Assembly (NCBI GenBank): GCA_002364005.1
Contig: DEXG01000023.1
Coordinates: 94,702-158,701 of the forward strand
Direction: 5' to 3'
Source: Phycisphaerales bacterium UBA3190
GTDB lineage: Bacteria; Planctomycetota; Phycisphaerae; Phycisphaerales; UBA1924
Length of the DNA: 64,000 nt
The position numbers and the translations under genes were made by a program. Within the stretch, counting starts at the first letter, position 1, and each line of letters starts with the position of its first letter. The notes under the pieces are model-generated. The model saw nothing but the letters and a program-made list of their open reading frames with translations, did no database searches and was not told the DNA's origin. Of the stretch, positions 1 through 9,582 are shown one piece after another.

Positions 1-2
1 TG

Positions 3-464
3 ACCCCGGCCGCGCCGGGACTCTGGGCGCATACCAGCGCTGACGAGATGCGTGCCCAGCGCAGCTTCAGTCTGGCTCAGACGCTCCAAAACCCAACCTG
101 GCAGGCAACGATCGTCGCCCCGCCAGCCCTGTTCTGCTGTGTATGGGCATTCGCCTCATATACCCGCACCCGGAACCCCAACCGCGTCCGGCTCATGCGG
201 GCCTTCTCGATTGCCAAACGCAAATCAGGTGTCGATTCGCTCAAGGCCTACATCGCCCATGCACTCGAGATCGATCTCGACGCGGTGACGGCCAGCGATG
301 CCAAGCAACTGCCCATCGACGAGCAGACCCAGGACCGGCTCTACCACATCATCCTCAGCGATGAGTCCAATACCAACGCGACGGACGATCAGCGTGCTAT
401 CGCCAAGCTCCTGAGCGATGTTCACACGCAATGCCTGTCTCGACTGAAGGGAGCCGCGGCGTGA
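3..464 (+). CDS. 3' part of a membrane-protein gene running off the left edge (possibly BatD-like; function not established)
   Basis: Frame 3 is open from nt 3 to the TGA at 462-464. It has one hydrophobic helix (WQATIVAPPALFCCVWAFASY). Its stop overlaps the GTG start of the next gene (GTGA at 461-464). Confidence 0.35.
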   Translation, partial: TPAAPGLWAHTSADEMRAQRSFSLAQTLQNPTWQATIVAPPALFCCVWAFASYTRTRNPNRVRLMRAFSIAKRKSGVDSLKAYIAHALEIDLDAVTASDAKQLPIDEQTQDRLYHIILSDESNTNATDDQRAIAKLLSDVHTQCLSRLKGAAA

Positions 465-1294
465 AGACCACTCGAATTTCCATCCTCCTGATCCTCCTCT
501 TCGCTCGCTGCTGCTGGGCTTCTGACACGGACGCACAGCACGAGTTGGAGTCAGCCCTTTCCAAGCTCGAGACCGGGATCACCATGCTCGAGCAGCACGA
601 GCCAGATGCCCGGCTCACCCTGCGCGAGGCAGCCGCCGATTTGCAGCGGGTGATCGACGCCTACCAGATCCATACCCCCGGCGCATACCACGCCCTGGGG
701 AACGCCTACACCCTCGTGGGCGACGAGGGCCGGGCGGTGCTTGCCTACAAACGAGGCGAACGCATCGCTCCGACCGACCCACGCCTGAAGGACTCGCTCG
801 ATATGGCCAGATCACAGGTCCAGATCAAGGTCGAGCCCGATACGCCCCACCGGATCGTGTCCCTGCTGATGAGCTGGCGCGGGATCGTCCCGCGGACGCT
901 GCTCTGGGGGATCTCTCTGGGCCTGTTCACACTCGCATGGCTGATGCTCACCGCCCGCGTGGGTTTCGGCGCACCGCGTTGGTTCATCCCCGCGGCGATC
1001 TGGTCGCTGGGTGTGTCTTTGATACCGCTCGTAGCCCTGACCACCGAATGGGTGCTGTATGAAAACGCGGATGAAGTCGTCATTACTCAGGCGGGCATCA
1101 TCGCCCGGAGCGGCCCCGATGACAGCATCTACGACCCGGTATATTCCGAGCCGCTGAGCGCAGGGGTTGAGGGAACCGTCATCGAAAATCGCGACGCTTG
1201 GGCCCTCTTGGAACTCGCCGACGGGACCGAATGCTGGGTGCCTCAGGAAGCCTTTGAGCCGGTCAGTGTTTCATCACCCGCGCAGATCCAGTGA
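461..1294 (+). CDS. TPR / SH3b-like membrane protein (BatE-like)
   Basis: GTG 461 is preceded by GAAGGGAG. The protein has a signal-like N-terminus (ISILLILLFARCCWA), a TPR-like stretch (AYHALGNAYTLVGDEGRAVLAYKRGERIAPTDP), two TM helices and a C-terminal SH3b-like segment (GTVIENRDAWALLELADGTECWVP). Confidence 0.55.
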   Translation: MKTTRISILLILLFARCCWASDTDAQHELESALSKLETGITMLEQHEPDARLTLREAAADLQRVIDAYQIHTPGAYHALGNAYTLVGDEGRAVLAYKRGERIAPTDPRLKDSLDMARSQVQIKVEPDTPHRIVSLLMSWRGIVPRTLLWGISLGLFTLAWLMLTARVGFGAPRWFIPAAIWSLGVSLIPLVALTTEWVLYENADEVVITQAGIIARSGPDDSIYDPVYSEPLSAGVEGTVIENRDAWALLELADGTECWVPQEAFEPVSVSSPAQIQ

Positions 1295-1303
1295 CGCACC
1301 CGC

Positions 1304-2065
1304 TCAGCTCGGCCCCGCCCCAGAGTGTCCCGCGATCTGATCTTCGATCGCCTTGACGCACGCCTGCAAGGCCTCAATAGCGCAGGCCCGCTGGGCTTCA
1401 AACCGGCTGGACAGGATCGGCACGCAGATCGCATACCGATCTGGCAGGCGGAGATCAACCGCGACCCCAACAGCACACACACCCGGCGCATGCTCCTCGT
1501 CATCAATCGCAACGCCAGTCTCCCGCACCGTCTCGAGGTGTTCCAGCAGTTGCGCCCGACTCCCGATGGACTTGGGCGTTGTGCTTGGGAGGCGCTTTGG
1601 CAAACGACCTACGAGTTCCTCGTTCGTGCGTCGAGCGAGCAGCGCCTTGCCGCAGGCGGTCGTGTGCAAAGGCAGACGCGTCCCGCTGGAGAGGGAAATC
1701 CGCACTTCCGCGTTCGAGACCACCTCATCGACCAGTTCACACCCGTCTCGACGCTCAATCCACAGATCCACGGTTTCATCCAGTTCATGGGACAGTTGTT
1801 CGATGCGCGGGCGGGTGATCTCGGCAGCATCGAGATTCGCAGCATGGGCCAGCCGGGCCAGTGCTGGGCCAAGACGCACATTCCCATCATCCACCGTGAC
1901 GAAGCCCTCTTGGCGCAGGGAACACACGAGCCGAGTCACGGTCGTACGGGCCAGGCCCGTCGAACGGGTGACCTCAGCGACGGTCATCCCCGCTGGCTCA
2001 GACTCGAGACTGCGCAGGATCAAAGCCGCTCGTTCGATCACCTGGTGCCCGCTCTGAGATTCCAT
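1304..2065 (-). CDS. IclR-family transcriptional regulator
   Basis: N-terminal wHTH (MTVAEVTRSTGLARTTVTRLVCSLRQEGFV) plus an IclR-type effector domain. Start chosen at ATG 2065, which has GGAGG 5 nt upstream. Divergent from the MFS gene. Confidence 0.85.
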   Translation of the reverse strand: MESQSGHQVIERAALILRSLESEPAGMTVAEVTRSTGLARTTVTRLVCSLRQEGFVTVDDGNVRLGPALARLAHAANLDAAEITRPRIEQLSHELDETVDLWIERRDGCELVDEVVSNAEVRISLSSGTRLPLHTTACGKALLARRTNEELVGRLPKRLPSTTPKSIGSRAQLLEHLETVRETGVAIDDEEHAPGVCAVGVAVDLRLPDRYAICVPILSSRFEAQRACAIEALQACVKAIEDQIAGHSGAGPS

Positions 2066-2180
2066 CTGCCCCTCCAGTATGATTTTCTCTGACAGCGAAA
2101 TACTTGCCCGCTGTATGGTCATAGTATCCGTAGAGCGGTTATCTTTCTCTCCCACTGCCACCACCATCGATCAGGTGAAC

Positions 2181-3425
2181 ATGTCGAATCTGAACACCAC
2201 TTCGACCCGGAACATCGCGCGCCCCGGGCGAATCATCGCGATTCTTGGGATGCTGGCCGCCTTCGCACCCATGGCTACGGACATGTACCTCGCCGCTTTT
2301 GACCTGATGCGCGTGCATTTCGGTGCAAAAGAGGGTGAGATCGAGCTGACGCTCTCGATTTTCTTCCTTGGACTCGCGTTCGGGCAAGCGGTGTACGGCC
2401 CGATCATCGACCGCTTCGGTCGGCGCGTCCCCCTGCTCGTCGGGATCGGGATCTATCTCGCTTCGACGGCGTTGTTCTTGGTGGCCCAGGACCTGCGTGC
2501 CTTCATCGCCCTGCGATTCCTGCAGGCCGTGGGCGGCAGCTCCGGCATGATCATCGGGCGCGCGATCATCGCCGACATGTTCGACGAGCGTGAGAACGCA
2601 CGGGCTCTGTCCCTTGTCATCGCGGTCATGACGCTGGCGCCGGTGATCGCACCGGTGCTGGGCGGGATCGTGATCTCCCTGTTTGGATGGAAGTCCATCT
2701 TCCTGGTCATGCTGGCGTTCGGGGCGATTTGTGCGGCCCTGACCTGGCGCTACATCCCCGAGACACTGGCAAAGGAAGACCGCCGAGCCGAGAGCCCCGC
2801 CAAGATCGCGGGCGCGTGGTATCGGCTGGTAACCAAGCCGACCTTCATCGCCCCAGCGATCGTCGGCGGACTGGCCCAGGGATGCATGTTCGCATTCATC
2901 ACCGGCTCCCCGGAAGTGTTCCAGACCATCCACGGCGCAACGCCGTCTAGATACGGCCTCCTCTTCGCCACCATCGCGCTGGCACTCGTCATCTCGGCCC
3001 ACATCAACCGGATGGCCCTCAAATACAAAACCCCGGAGTTTCTGCTCGGGCTGCTCCTGCTGATCAACGCCCTGGCAGGGATCGGCACGATCATCGGGGC
3101 CAGCACAGGGAATCTGGTGCTGCTGATGATCCCGCTGTGGGTGGCGATCGGATCGATCGGGTTCATCGGCGCCAACGCCGCGGCGATCGCGATGGAATCA
3201 AGCACCGACCACGCCGGCAGCGGGTCATCGCTCATCGGCATCATGCAGTTTGGCGTGGCCTTCCTCGTCAGCACCGGCGTCGCGATGTCCCAGAACGGGA
3301 CCGCCTATCCCATGACCATCGCGATCGCAACCTGCGGCCTGTTGGCCAACGCTGTCTGGCGCGTGAGCAGACGAGGCGACACCGCATCGCGGAGGGCCGC
3401 CCAGATCCCAATCGGTTCGGGCTAA
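2181..3425 (+). CDS. MFS drug-resistance transporter, Bcr/CflA subfamily
   Basis: 12-TM profile with motifs ATDMYLAAF and DRFGRRVPLLVG. Start chosen at internal ATG 2181, because the upstream extension overlaps the divergent IclR promoter region. Confidence 0.85.
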   Translation: MSNLNTTSTRNIARPGRIIAILGMLAAFAPMATDMYLAAFDLMRVHFGAKEGEIELTLSIFFLGLAFGQAVYGPIIDRFGRRVPLLVGIGIYLASTALFLVAQDLRAFIALRFLQAVGGSSGMIIGRAIIADMFDERENARALSLVIAVMTLAPVIAPVLGGIVISLFGWKSIFLVMLAFGAICAALTWRYIPETLAKEDRRAESPAKIAGAWYRLVTKPTFIAPAIVGGLAQGCMFAFITGSPEVFQTIHGATPSRYGLLFATIALALVISAHINRMALKYKTPEFLLGLLLLINALAGIGTIIGASTGNLVLLMIPLWVAIGSIGFIGANAAAIAMESSTDHAGSGSSLIGIMQFGVAFLVSTGVAMSQNGTAYPMTIAIATCGLLANAVWRVSRRGDTASRRAAQIPIGSG

Positions 3426-3640
3426 TCAGATACCCGCGGCAACTTTGCCCGTCGATGCATGCCCGTGGGCACCCCAATACTGCCGCCCGAACCCGGATCA
3501 CGGCACCTTGCAAAATAGATATCCGAGCCGATCTGGGATATACTTCCAAGCAGCTCATACGAGTCCCTCGGCGGCAACGACCTCGGTCACCCGCCCGACC
3601 CGATCGAGCTGCGATCTCAGGTCGATCCTGTGATCGACAC

Positions 3641-3712
3641 GCGGGTGTAGTTCAGTGGTAGAACGTCAGCTTCCCAAGCTGAATGTCGTCGGTTCGATCC
3701 CGATCACCCGCT
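3641..3712 (+). tRNA. tRNA-Gly (anticodon CCC), CCA not encoded
   Basis: Hand-folded cloverleaf: acceptor GCGGGTG/CACCCGC, D stem GTTC/GAAC, anticodon stem TCAGC/GCTGA with loop TTCCCAA, 5-nt variable loop, T arm GTCGG-TTCGATC-CCGAT. Confidence 0.9.
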
Positions 3713-3823
3713 TTCATAAGTCTCGTAAAAACAAGTGTTTATGCGAGGCTTTTTCTTTTGCACTACTTCCGTCCGCACTACAAAATGCCCTATGTAGTGC
3801 AGATTCGACCCAAATGTAGTGCA
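3671..3823 (+). repeat. att junction 1: 45-nt tRNA 3' half plus about 110-nt conserved island arm
   Basis: 3671-3715 is identical to 11845-11889 and 35338-35382. 3716-3823 is visibly homologous to 11890-11997 and 35383-35490 and contains four GTAGTGC/GCACTAC sites. Confidence 0.75.
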
Positions 3824-3867
3824 CTCTGCAACCTCTTGCCTTCCTTTGGTCGGGGCAGATATGTCGC

Positions 3868-4374
3868 TCAGCCGTTGATCGGGATGGCTCCTGATGCACG
3901 TTCGCCATCCGCCGTTTCGATCTCAATCCAAAGTGAAAGACCTGGTCTGAGTTCAGAAGGAACTTCGACTTCTGCGTGGTAGTCCACACTGTTCCACATT
4001 GCCTTGCTCTTCAGTGTTCCAGTTGCTGCCTGGTCTCCGATCCAGACTCGGATTGCAACCGGCTCAGGGCCCGCGGTGGTTTCGATATCGAGATGCATGA
4101 CTGCCCCTGGCTCGATATCTTCACCCATCTTGACGCTGAGTGTGGTACCGGCGATCGTCACAGAGCCGAGGTCGTATTCAGAACCATGATCATCCTGCTC
4201 CTCTTCAGCGTGGTTGTGGTCTTCGTGTCCGTCATCGCCGTGGTCGTGACCCTCGTGGTTGTCGTGATCCAAGTGGGAATCTGTGTCAGGTGCTTCCGAT
4301 TCGTTGCTACACCCACCGAGAAAGAGCATGCCGGTGATTGTGGAAGCGAGGAGCAGTTTAGTGAGATTGTTCAT
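3868..4374 (-). CDS. His/Asp-rich metal-binding lipoprotein
   Basis: Lipobox LFLGGC, then an HLDHDNHEGHDHGDDGHEDHNHAEEEQDDH tract and a beta-rich C-terminal domain. Last gene of the RND operon. Confidence 0.7.
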   Translation of the reverse strand: MNNLTKLLLASTITGMLFLGGCSNESEAPDTDSHLDHDNHEGHDHGDDGHEDHNHAEEEQDDHGSEYDLGSVTIAGTTLSVKMGEDIEPGAVMHLDIETTAGPEPVAIRVWIGDQAATGTLKSKAMWNSVDYHAEVEVPSELRPGLSLWIEIETADGERASGAIPING

Positions 4375-4402
4375 GTCAGTTTTCCTGAAAATTGAGTGGG
4401 TT

Positions 4403-7400
4403 TTAAGTGGACTGCTTCCGGCGGAGCTTGCCGGCTAGACGGGAACGAAGCGACGGCGAAGTTCGCTGTCGCGGTTCTGGGTTGTGCCCGAACACAAGCG
4501 AGTAGCCGGCGGGGACGACGATGAGGTTTAAGAACGTCGAGGTCAGCAGTCCCCCGAGCGTGACGATGGCCAGCGGCGCAAGCAGCTCGCTACCAGGCTC
4601 GCCAGCGGCGAGTGCGAGCGGAACCAGCCCGAGAGCAGCAGAGATCGCAGTCATCAGGATTGGCACAAGCCGCTCCATCGACCCTTGAACGATCGCTTCA
4701 CCCATCGGCACATCCTCGGCCTCCATGAGATGGTTGTAGTGATTGATAAGCAGGATGCCGTTACGCACCGCAATCCCAAACAGTGTGATGAATCCCACGA
4801 GACTTGCGATCGAGATCACCGGTGGAACATACCCGCCGCCGATACCGACTAGTGCCAATGTATTGCTGATCGCTCCGGCACCTTCGGTCAGATAGATCGA
4901 TGCGATACCGCCAATGAGCGCGAGCGGCATGTTGAGCATGACGAGGACAGCGGCTCGCATCGAGCCTGTAGAGATTTGGAGGAGCATGAGCATGATGAGT
5001 GCGACGGCCACACCAGCGACGAGGATCGTACGTGATGCGGACTGCTGCGCCTCGAACTGTCCGCCGTACGAAACTGTCATCCCGGCTTCTTGGACGATTG
5101 GATCAACACGTTCCTGCACTTGAGCGACGAGATCACCGAGGTTCGATCCTTCAGCGACATTGAGAGAAATGACCGCCTTCCGCTGAGCATTCTCGCGAGT
5201 GATTAAGTTACTCGAGCGCTCGGGTCCGATGTCAGCAACATCACTAAGACGCACGGTTGCGCCGCCGCGTCCGCGAAGTAGTAGATCACGCACCTGCCGC
5301 ACCGATTCTCGATCGGCGGCCGCGAGACGTACAACGATGTCATACTGGCGGACGCCCTGATTGACGGTGTCGACAACCTCTCCGTATATCGCTTCACGGA
5401 CCTGTTCGGCGGCATCCGCCGGGCTAAGACCAACTGCAGCCAATTCCGCGTGGCGGTAGCGGATCGGGAGCGAAGTAATCATGACTTCACGATTGGCATT
5501 CACATCCCTGGCACCCGGGAGCGATTGTAACTCGCCTTCGATGGCTTTGGCGACACGACGAAGCTCTGATAGGTCCTCGCCGAATACATTGATCGCGACG
5601 GCGGCGGGAGTTCCCGAGAGGACATGGCTCAGGCGGTGCTCGATCGGTTGGCCGACCATGGTCGTGATGCCTGGGATTGATGCGAGAATGCGGTCGATCT
5701 CATCACGCACCTCTACTCGTGAACGCCCTGCATCGACCGTGACCTCGACCTCCGAGTTACTGACCGGTTCGGCGTGTTCATCACGCTCGGCTCGTCCAGT
5801 GCGGCGTGACACCGACCGAACACCATCGATCTCGACGAGCTGCTTCTCCACCTCGGTCGCGAGCCGGTCGCTTTCGACAATCGATGTACCGGGAGGCGCG
5901 AGGAGAAACACGGTAAAAGTCCCTTCGTTGAAGGAGGGCAAAAATGATGTGCCGAATGTGCTCGCCAGAAGCAACGCTGCGGCGGTGACCAGGCCCGCAG
6001 CTCCCAGTACCCATGCTCGGAACTGGATCGCGGATCGAAGAGCCGGCTCATACCCACGCTTGAGTACACGCACGAGAAAACCGTCACGATCTTCGTGTGT
6101 CCCGCCGAGCTTACCCTTGAGCAGGAAGCGGCACATCGCCGGGACGACCGTGAGGGCGACCACAAGGGACGCGAGGATAGAAATCATGTAAGTCAGCGCG
6201 AGCGGCTGAAAGAATCGCCCCTCGAGCCCCTGAAGAAACAGGAGCGGCAGAAAGACCATCACAATGATCACTGTCGCAAAAACCATCGCGGGTCTGATCT
6301 CATTACTGGCGTCAAAAATCACCTCTGTAAATGGGCGACGATCGGATTCAACCATCGCACGGTTCTGTTTGAGGCGTCGAAAGACATTCTCTACATCAAT
6401 GATCGCGTCATCGACCAGAACACCAATCGCGACAGTCAAGCCACCGAGAGTCATTACATTGAGCCCAAGCTTCATCGCATCCATCATCAGCAGACCGACA
6501 GCGAGCGAAATTGGAATAGCCGTGAGCGTTATGAGCGTCGTTCGTAGATTCATTAGGAACAGCACAAGCACGACCAAAACGATGAGGATGGCTTCGCCTA
6601 GCACTTTGGTCACGTTATGGACCGCGCGATCGATGAAATGCGACTGCCGAACCACGTCTCGATTCAGTACAATGCCCGCAGGGAGCGTTGGCTCTATTTG
6701 ATCAAAGAGCGCATCGAGGTTGTCGGTAAGGGCGAGGGTGTTGGTGCCGGGCGATTTCTGGATCGACAAGATGACTGCCGGATTGCCACCTTCTGAGGCA
6801 GTGCCTCGTTTGAGCGCCGGACCCAGACGAACATCGGCAACCTGCCCAATCGTTACGGCTACACCTTCGTGGTACTTGATGACCGAGTTGGCGATGTCTT
6901 CCGACCCCGTCACTCGGCTCTGCTGACGAATCGGAATCTCGAAGTTATCGACATTGACGAGATAGCCGCCGCTTGCGGTACTATGCGCCCCGCCTGCGGC
7001 TTCAACCACATCAGTAATTGTGAGGTCGTAGAGACGTAGTCGCTCTTGGTTGACATTGACCTGATACTCCGGTAACTCGCCACCGATTGCGACCGCTTGG
7101 GCTACACCGGGTACGGAGAGAATCTTGTTCCGAAGATCGAAGTCGGCATAGGATCGGAGTTCCATCGGATCGACGGATCCATCTGGAGAAGAGAGTGAGA
7201 CGAGCATGATCTCGCCGGCGATTGATGTAATCGGGGTTATGAACGGCTCAACCTCGTCGGGGAGGTTTTCTCTTGCGGTAACGAGCCGCTCTGCCACGAG
7301 TTGCCGTGCGTCGTATAGATCGGTCCCCCAGTCCAAATCAACCCACACGATGCCGAGGCCGATGGCGCTGGCGCTGCGGACACGTCTGACACCTGTCATG

Positions 7401-7624
7401 CCATTCACAGCAGACTCGATGGGAAAAGTAACATACTGCTCGACCTCGTCGGCGGCGAGCCCGCCTGACTCGGCCATGATGGTCACGGTTGGTGCATTGA
7501 GCTCCGGGAATACATCCACGCTCATACGCGGGAGCCGGTAGCCGGCGTACCCGACAACCATAACGGCAGCGATGAGAACAAGCGATGAGTACTGGAGCGA
7601 GAATCGGATGACTGCTTTCAACAT
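4403..7624 (-). CDS. Heavy-metal efflux RND transporter, CusA/CzcA family
   Basis: 1073 aa with the typical 12-TM / two large periplasmic loop layout and RND conserved stretches (for example VDDAIIDVENVFRRL and FGIAVRNGILLINHY). Confidence 0.95.
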   Translation of the reverse strand: MLKAVIRFSLQYSSLVLIAAVMVVGYAGYRLPRMSVDVFPELNAPTVTIMAESGGLAADEVEQYVTFPIESAVNGMTGVRRVRSASAIGLGIVWVDLDWGTDLYDARQLVAERLVTARENLPDEVEPFITPITSIAGEIMLVSLSSPDGSVDPMELRSYADFDLRNKILSVPGVAQAVAIGGELPEYQVNVNQERLRLYDLTITDVVEAAGGAHSTASGGYLVNVDNFEIPIRQQSRVTGSEDIANSVIKYHEGVAVTIGQVADVRLGPALKRGTASEGGNPAVILSIQKSPGTNTLALTDNLDALFDQIEPTLPAGIVLNRDVVRQSHFIDRAVHNVTKVLGEAILIVLVVLVLFLMNLRTTLITLTAIPISLAVGLLMMDAMKLGLNVMTLGGLTVAIGVLVDDAIIDVENVFRRLKQNRAMVESDRRPFTEVIFDASNEIRPAMVFATVIIVMVFLPLLFLQGLEGRFFQPLALTYMISILASLVVALTVVPAMCRFLLKGKLGGTHEDRDGFLVRVLKRGYEPALRSAIQFRAWVLGAAGLVTAAALLLASTFGTSFLPSFNEGTFTVFLLAPPGTSIVESDRLATEVEKQLVEIDGVRSVSRRTGRAERDEHAEPVSNSEVEVTVDAGRSRVEVRDEIDRILASIPGITTMVGQPIEHRLSHVLSGTPAAVAINVFGEDLSELRRVAKAIEGELQSLPGARDVNANREVMITSLPIRYRHAELAAVGLSPADAAEQVREAIYGEVVDTVNQGVRQYDIVVRLAAADRESVRQVRDLLLRGRGGATVRLSDVADIGPERSSNLITRENAQRKAVISLNVAEGSNLGDLVAQVQERVDPIVQEAGMTVSYGGQFEAQQSASRTILVAGVAVALIMLMLLQISTGSMRAAVLVMLNMPLALIGGIASIYLTEGAGAISNTLALVGIGGGYVPPVISIASLVGFITLFGIAVRNGILLINHYNHLMEAEDVPMGEAIVQGSMERLVPILMTAISAALGLVPLALAAGEPGSELLAPLAIVTLGGLLTSTFLNLIVVPAGYSLVFGHNPEPRQRTSPSLRSRLAGKLRRKQST

Positions 7625-7627
7625 GAC

Positions 7628-9097
7628 TTAATCCTCCCCTTCGTGGAAGGTGCCGTCGGAGTGGAAGTGGCCACCCTTCTGGATCGATCCGCTGGTCGCG
7701 AGCATAAGTTGGAAAGCCCCGTCAAGGACTACCTCGTCGCCGTCACGAACCCCGCTGAGCAGCACGACCCACCGGCCGTCATCTTTACCGAGGTCCGCTT
7801 CCATGCGAATCGCTTCATTGGGATTGTCGGGAGCCCGACGGAAGATCACTGGTGAGAGACCATCACGCTGTACGGCAGCAAGTGGAATTGAAACCTCGGG
7901 AGAGGCCGTGGCATCGGTCACAATCTCAAGCTGAGCCGAGACGCCCGGGCGTGCCCAAGAACTGAGTTCGTCGGGGACAACGAAGAGCTCAAGCGTGCGA
8001 TCGTTGGGATCACCGGCAAGCCCGAGGGTGAGCGCGCCATTCATCGTGTCTTGCAACGGCACTGCTCGACCAACGGCGGTAGGCGTCGGGGGAACGATCC
8101 GAGCGAGCAGGCCGTCCTTGAGCACGCCAAGATCACTCTGTAGACCAGATGCCCGGAAACGGAGCCGGTCAGGCTGCACCACCGTCATCACAGGCGTTTT
8201 CTCATCGGCCCATGATCCGTTTGTCAGGCCCAACGCCTCCACGACACCCGCCTCGGTCGCGACGACCTCAATCGTGTTAACTGCAGCCCACCTGGGTTCA
8301 GTCCCGTGGTCTGTTTCGACTGTGGAAGCAAGTTGCTCTCGATCGAGCGAGACGATTGCTGATGCCGAATCCAGCAGGTAGTTCAGTCGAGCCGCTGAAG
8401 CCCGAAGATCCGCCTCGGTTTGCTGACGATTGGCGTGCAGTTCAGCTTTCTTCTCCTGCACGCTTGCAAGCTCTGCCCTGTTGCTCGCGACCGCCGCTCT
8501 CGCCTGGGCGAGTTCGTCTATACGGCCGCCACCCATCTCGCGCACGCTTCTTAGCTGGTCGACACGCTCGTTCCATACAGCAACACTCTCATGGAGACTC
8601 TCTTCGTGCTGTTCGTGTGCCGCAAGGAGCGGCTCAAATGTTTCGAGCCGCGCACCAAACCTCTGGATTTGTGCTTCCGCATCGGCGAGTTGCTGCTGCA
8701 TATCGCGCCACGACGGAGAGTCGATGCGGTAGAGTACATCCCCAGCTTCCACTCGTTGGAACTGCTCTGCGAGCAGTTCGACGCGGCCCGGGACTGCCGT
8801 GCGGTACTCTCGGCGCGCTGTAGGCAGATACTCGAAACGCCCTGGCACGCGGAGGGTCTGCTCGATCCGCCGACGTTCGACCTTGACAAAGCTGATACCA
8901 AGATTCGACCGTACTGCGGAAGGAATAGCGACGCGGTCGGTACCGGTTGCCATGGCCTCGGTTTCTGACGAGTGGTCGTGCCCGTCGTCCTCGCCGTGCT
9001 CGACAACTCTTTGCTCGATGGATTCTGATCGATCGCAGGACACGAGGAACAAGGCGGCGATCGAGAACACTACTAAAGCGATCATAGTCCGGATCAT
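7628..9097 (-). CDS. Efflux RND periplasmic adaptor (MFP, CusB/CzcB-like) with a His-rich N-terminus
   Basis: Signal/lipobox (LFLVSC), a long coiled-coil hairpin and beta-barrel domains. Lies 3 nt upstream of the RND gene. Confidence 0.9.
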   Translation of the reverse strand: MIRTMIALVVFSIAALFLVSCDRSESIEQRVVEHGEDDGHDHSSETEAMATGTDRVAIPSAVRSNLGISFVKVERRRIEQTLRVPGRFEYLPTARREYRTAVPGRVELLAEQFQRVEAGDVLYRIDSPSWRDMQQQLADAEAQIQRFGARLETFEPLLAAHEQHEESLHESVAVWNERVDQLRSVREMGGGRIDELAQARAAVASNRAELASVQEKKAELHANRQQTEADLRASAARLNYLLDSASAIVSLDREQLASTVETDHGTEPRWAAVNTIEVVATEAGVVEALGLTNGSWADEKTPVMTVVQPDRLRFRASGLQSDLGVLKDGLLARIVPPTPTAVGRAVPLQDTMNGALTLGLAGDPNDRTLELFVVPDELSSWARPGVSAQLEIVTDATASPEVSIPLAAVQRDGLSPVIFRRAPDNPNEAIRMEADLGKDDGRWVVLLSGVRDGDEVVLDGAFQLMLATSGSIQKGGHFHSDGTFHEGED

Positions 9098-9582
9098 CCC
9101 TCACCCCCTTCACCATCCGCGACCTGCGCGAATGCTTCTTGGAGGCGATCGACGAGATCACTCACCGAAGGCACGCCATCGGGTCCTTCATACATACGGC
9201 AGCCCATCGAAGGAGTCTTCGGTGCTTCCGTGCCGAACAGGTCGGATTCATTCACTAGAACCGTCGGAGCGGGATATCCGCGGCGGAGGTCCGATGAATC
9301 CAAAGACTGCTGATCGATCTGCACAAGATCCAAGTCTCGACCGACTACTCTGATCGCCTGCTCGAGCCTCTCTTTCATGAGTGGTGTGAGCGGGCAGCCT
9401 TCGAATCCGAGAAGTGTGATTGACATGGCTGTATCTCTATCGCTAGGAATAATGTTTGCTGGAATTTGACTGTTTGTGGTCACATGAAGCTGTCGTTGAT
9501 CCGTTGCCCCTGTGCAGGCGGCCAGTGTCAGCGGCAGAAGTGCTGCTAGAACGATCGCGTTCGTCTGTTCCAAATATTTCAT
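9094..9582 (-). CDS. Small lipoprotein, possibly thioredoxin-like fold
   Basis: Lipobox LTLAAC, with ATGA-type overlaps to both neighbours (9094/9097 and 9579/9582). Single CP motif (GFEGCPLTP). Confidence 0.6.
   Translation of the reverse strand: MKYLEQTNAIVLAALLPLTLAACTGATDQRQLHVTTNSQIPANIIPSDRDTAMSITLLGFEGCPLTPLMKERLEQAIRVVGRDLDLVQIDQQSLDSSDLRRGYPAPTVLVNESDLFGTEAPKTPSMGCRMYEGPDGVPSVSDLVDRLQEAFAQVADGEGGEG

Noticed and set aside
2139-3002. 287-aa minus-strand ORF, plus several others (2453-2710, 2750-3274), inside the MFS gene
   Set aside because: These are antisense shadow ORFs typical of GC-rich coding DNA. The translations are Arg/Gly/Asp/His-rich with no TM or domain pattern, whereas the + frame gives a textbook MFS transporter.
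3683-3989. ORFs crossing the att arms (3683-3982, 3714-3989, 11660-11983, 35018-35617) that yield similar peptides (for example ...HYKMPYVVQIRPKCSA... and ...HYKWPFVVQIRPKCSA...)
   Set aside because: The peptide similarity is simply the translated DNA repeat of the island arms. The ORFs run through the tRNA-derived core and have no start-site context, so the repeat is treated as non-coding att sequence.
5481-6191. 236-aa + strand ORF (with 6095-6547 and 6264-6701) opposite the RND pump gene
   Set aside because: Shadow ORFs with low-complexity Ser/Arg/Thr-rich translations. The minus frame encodes a full-length CusA/CzcA-type protein.
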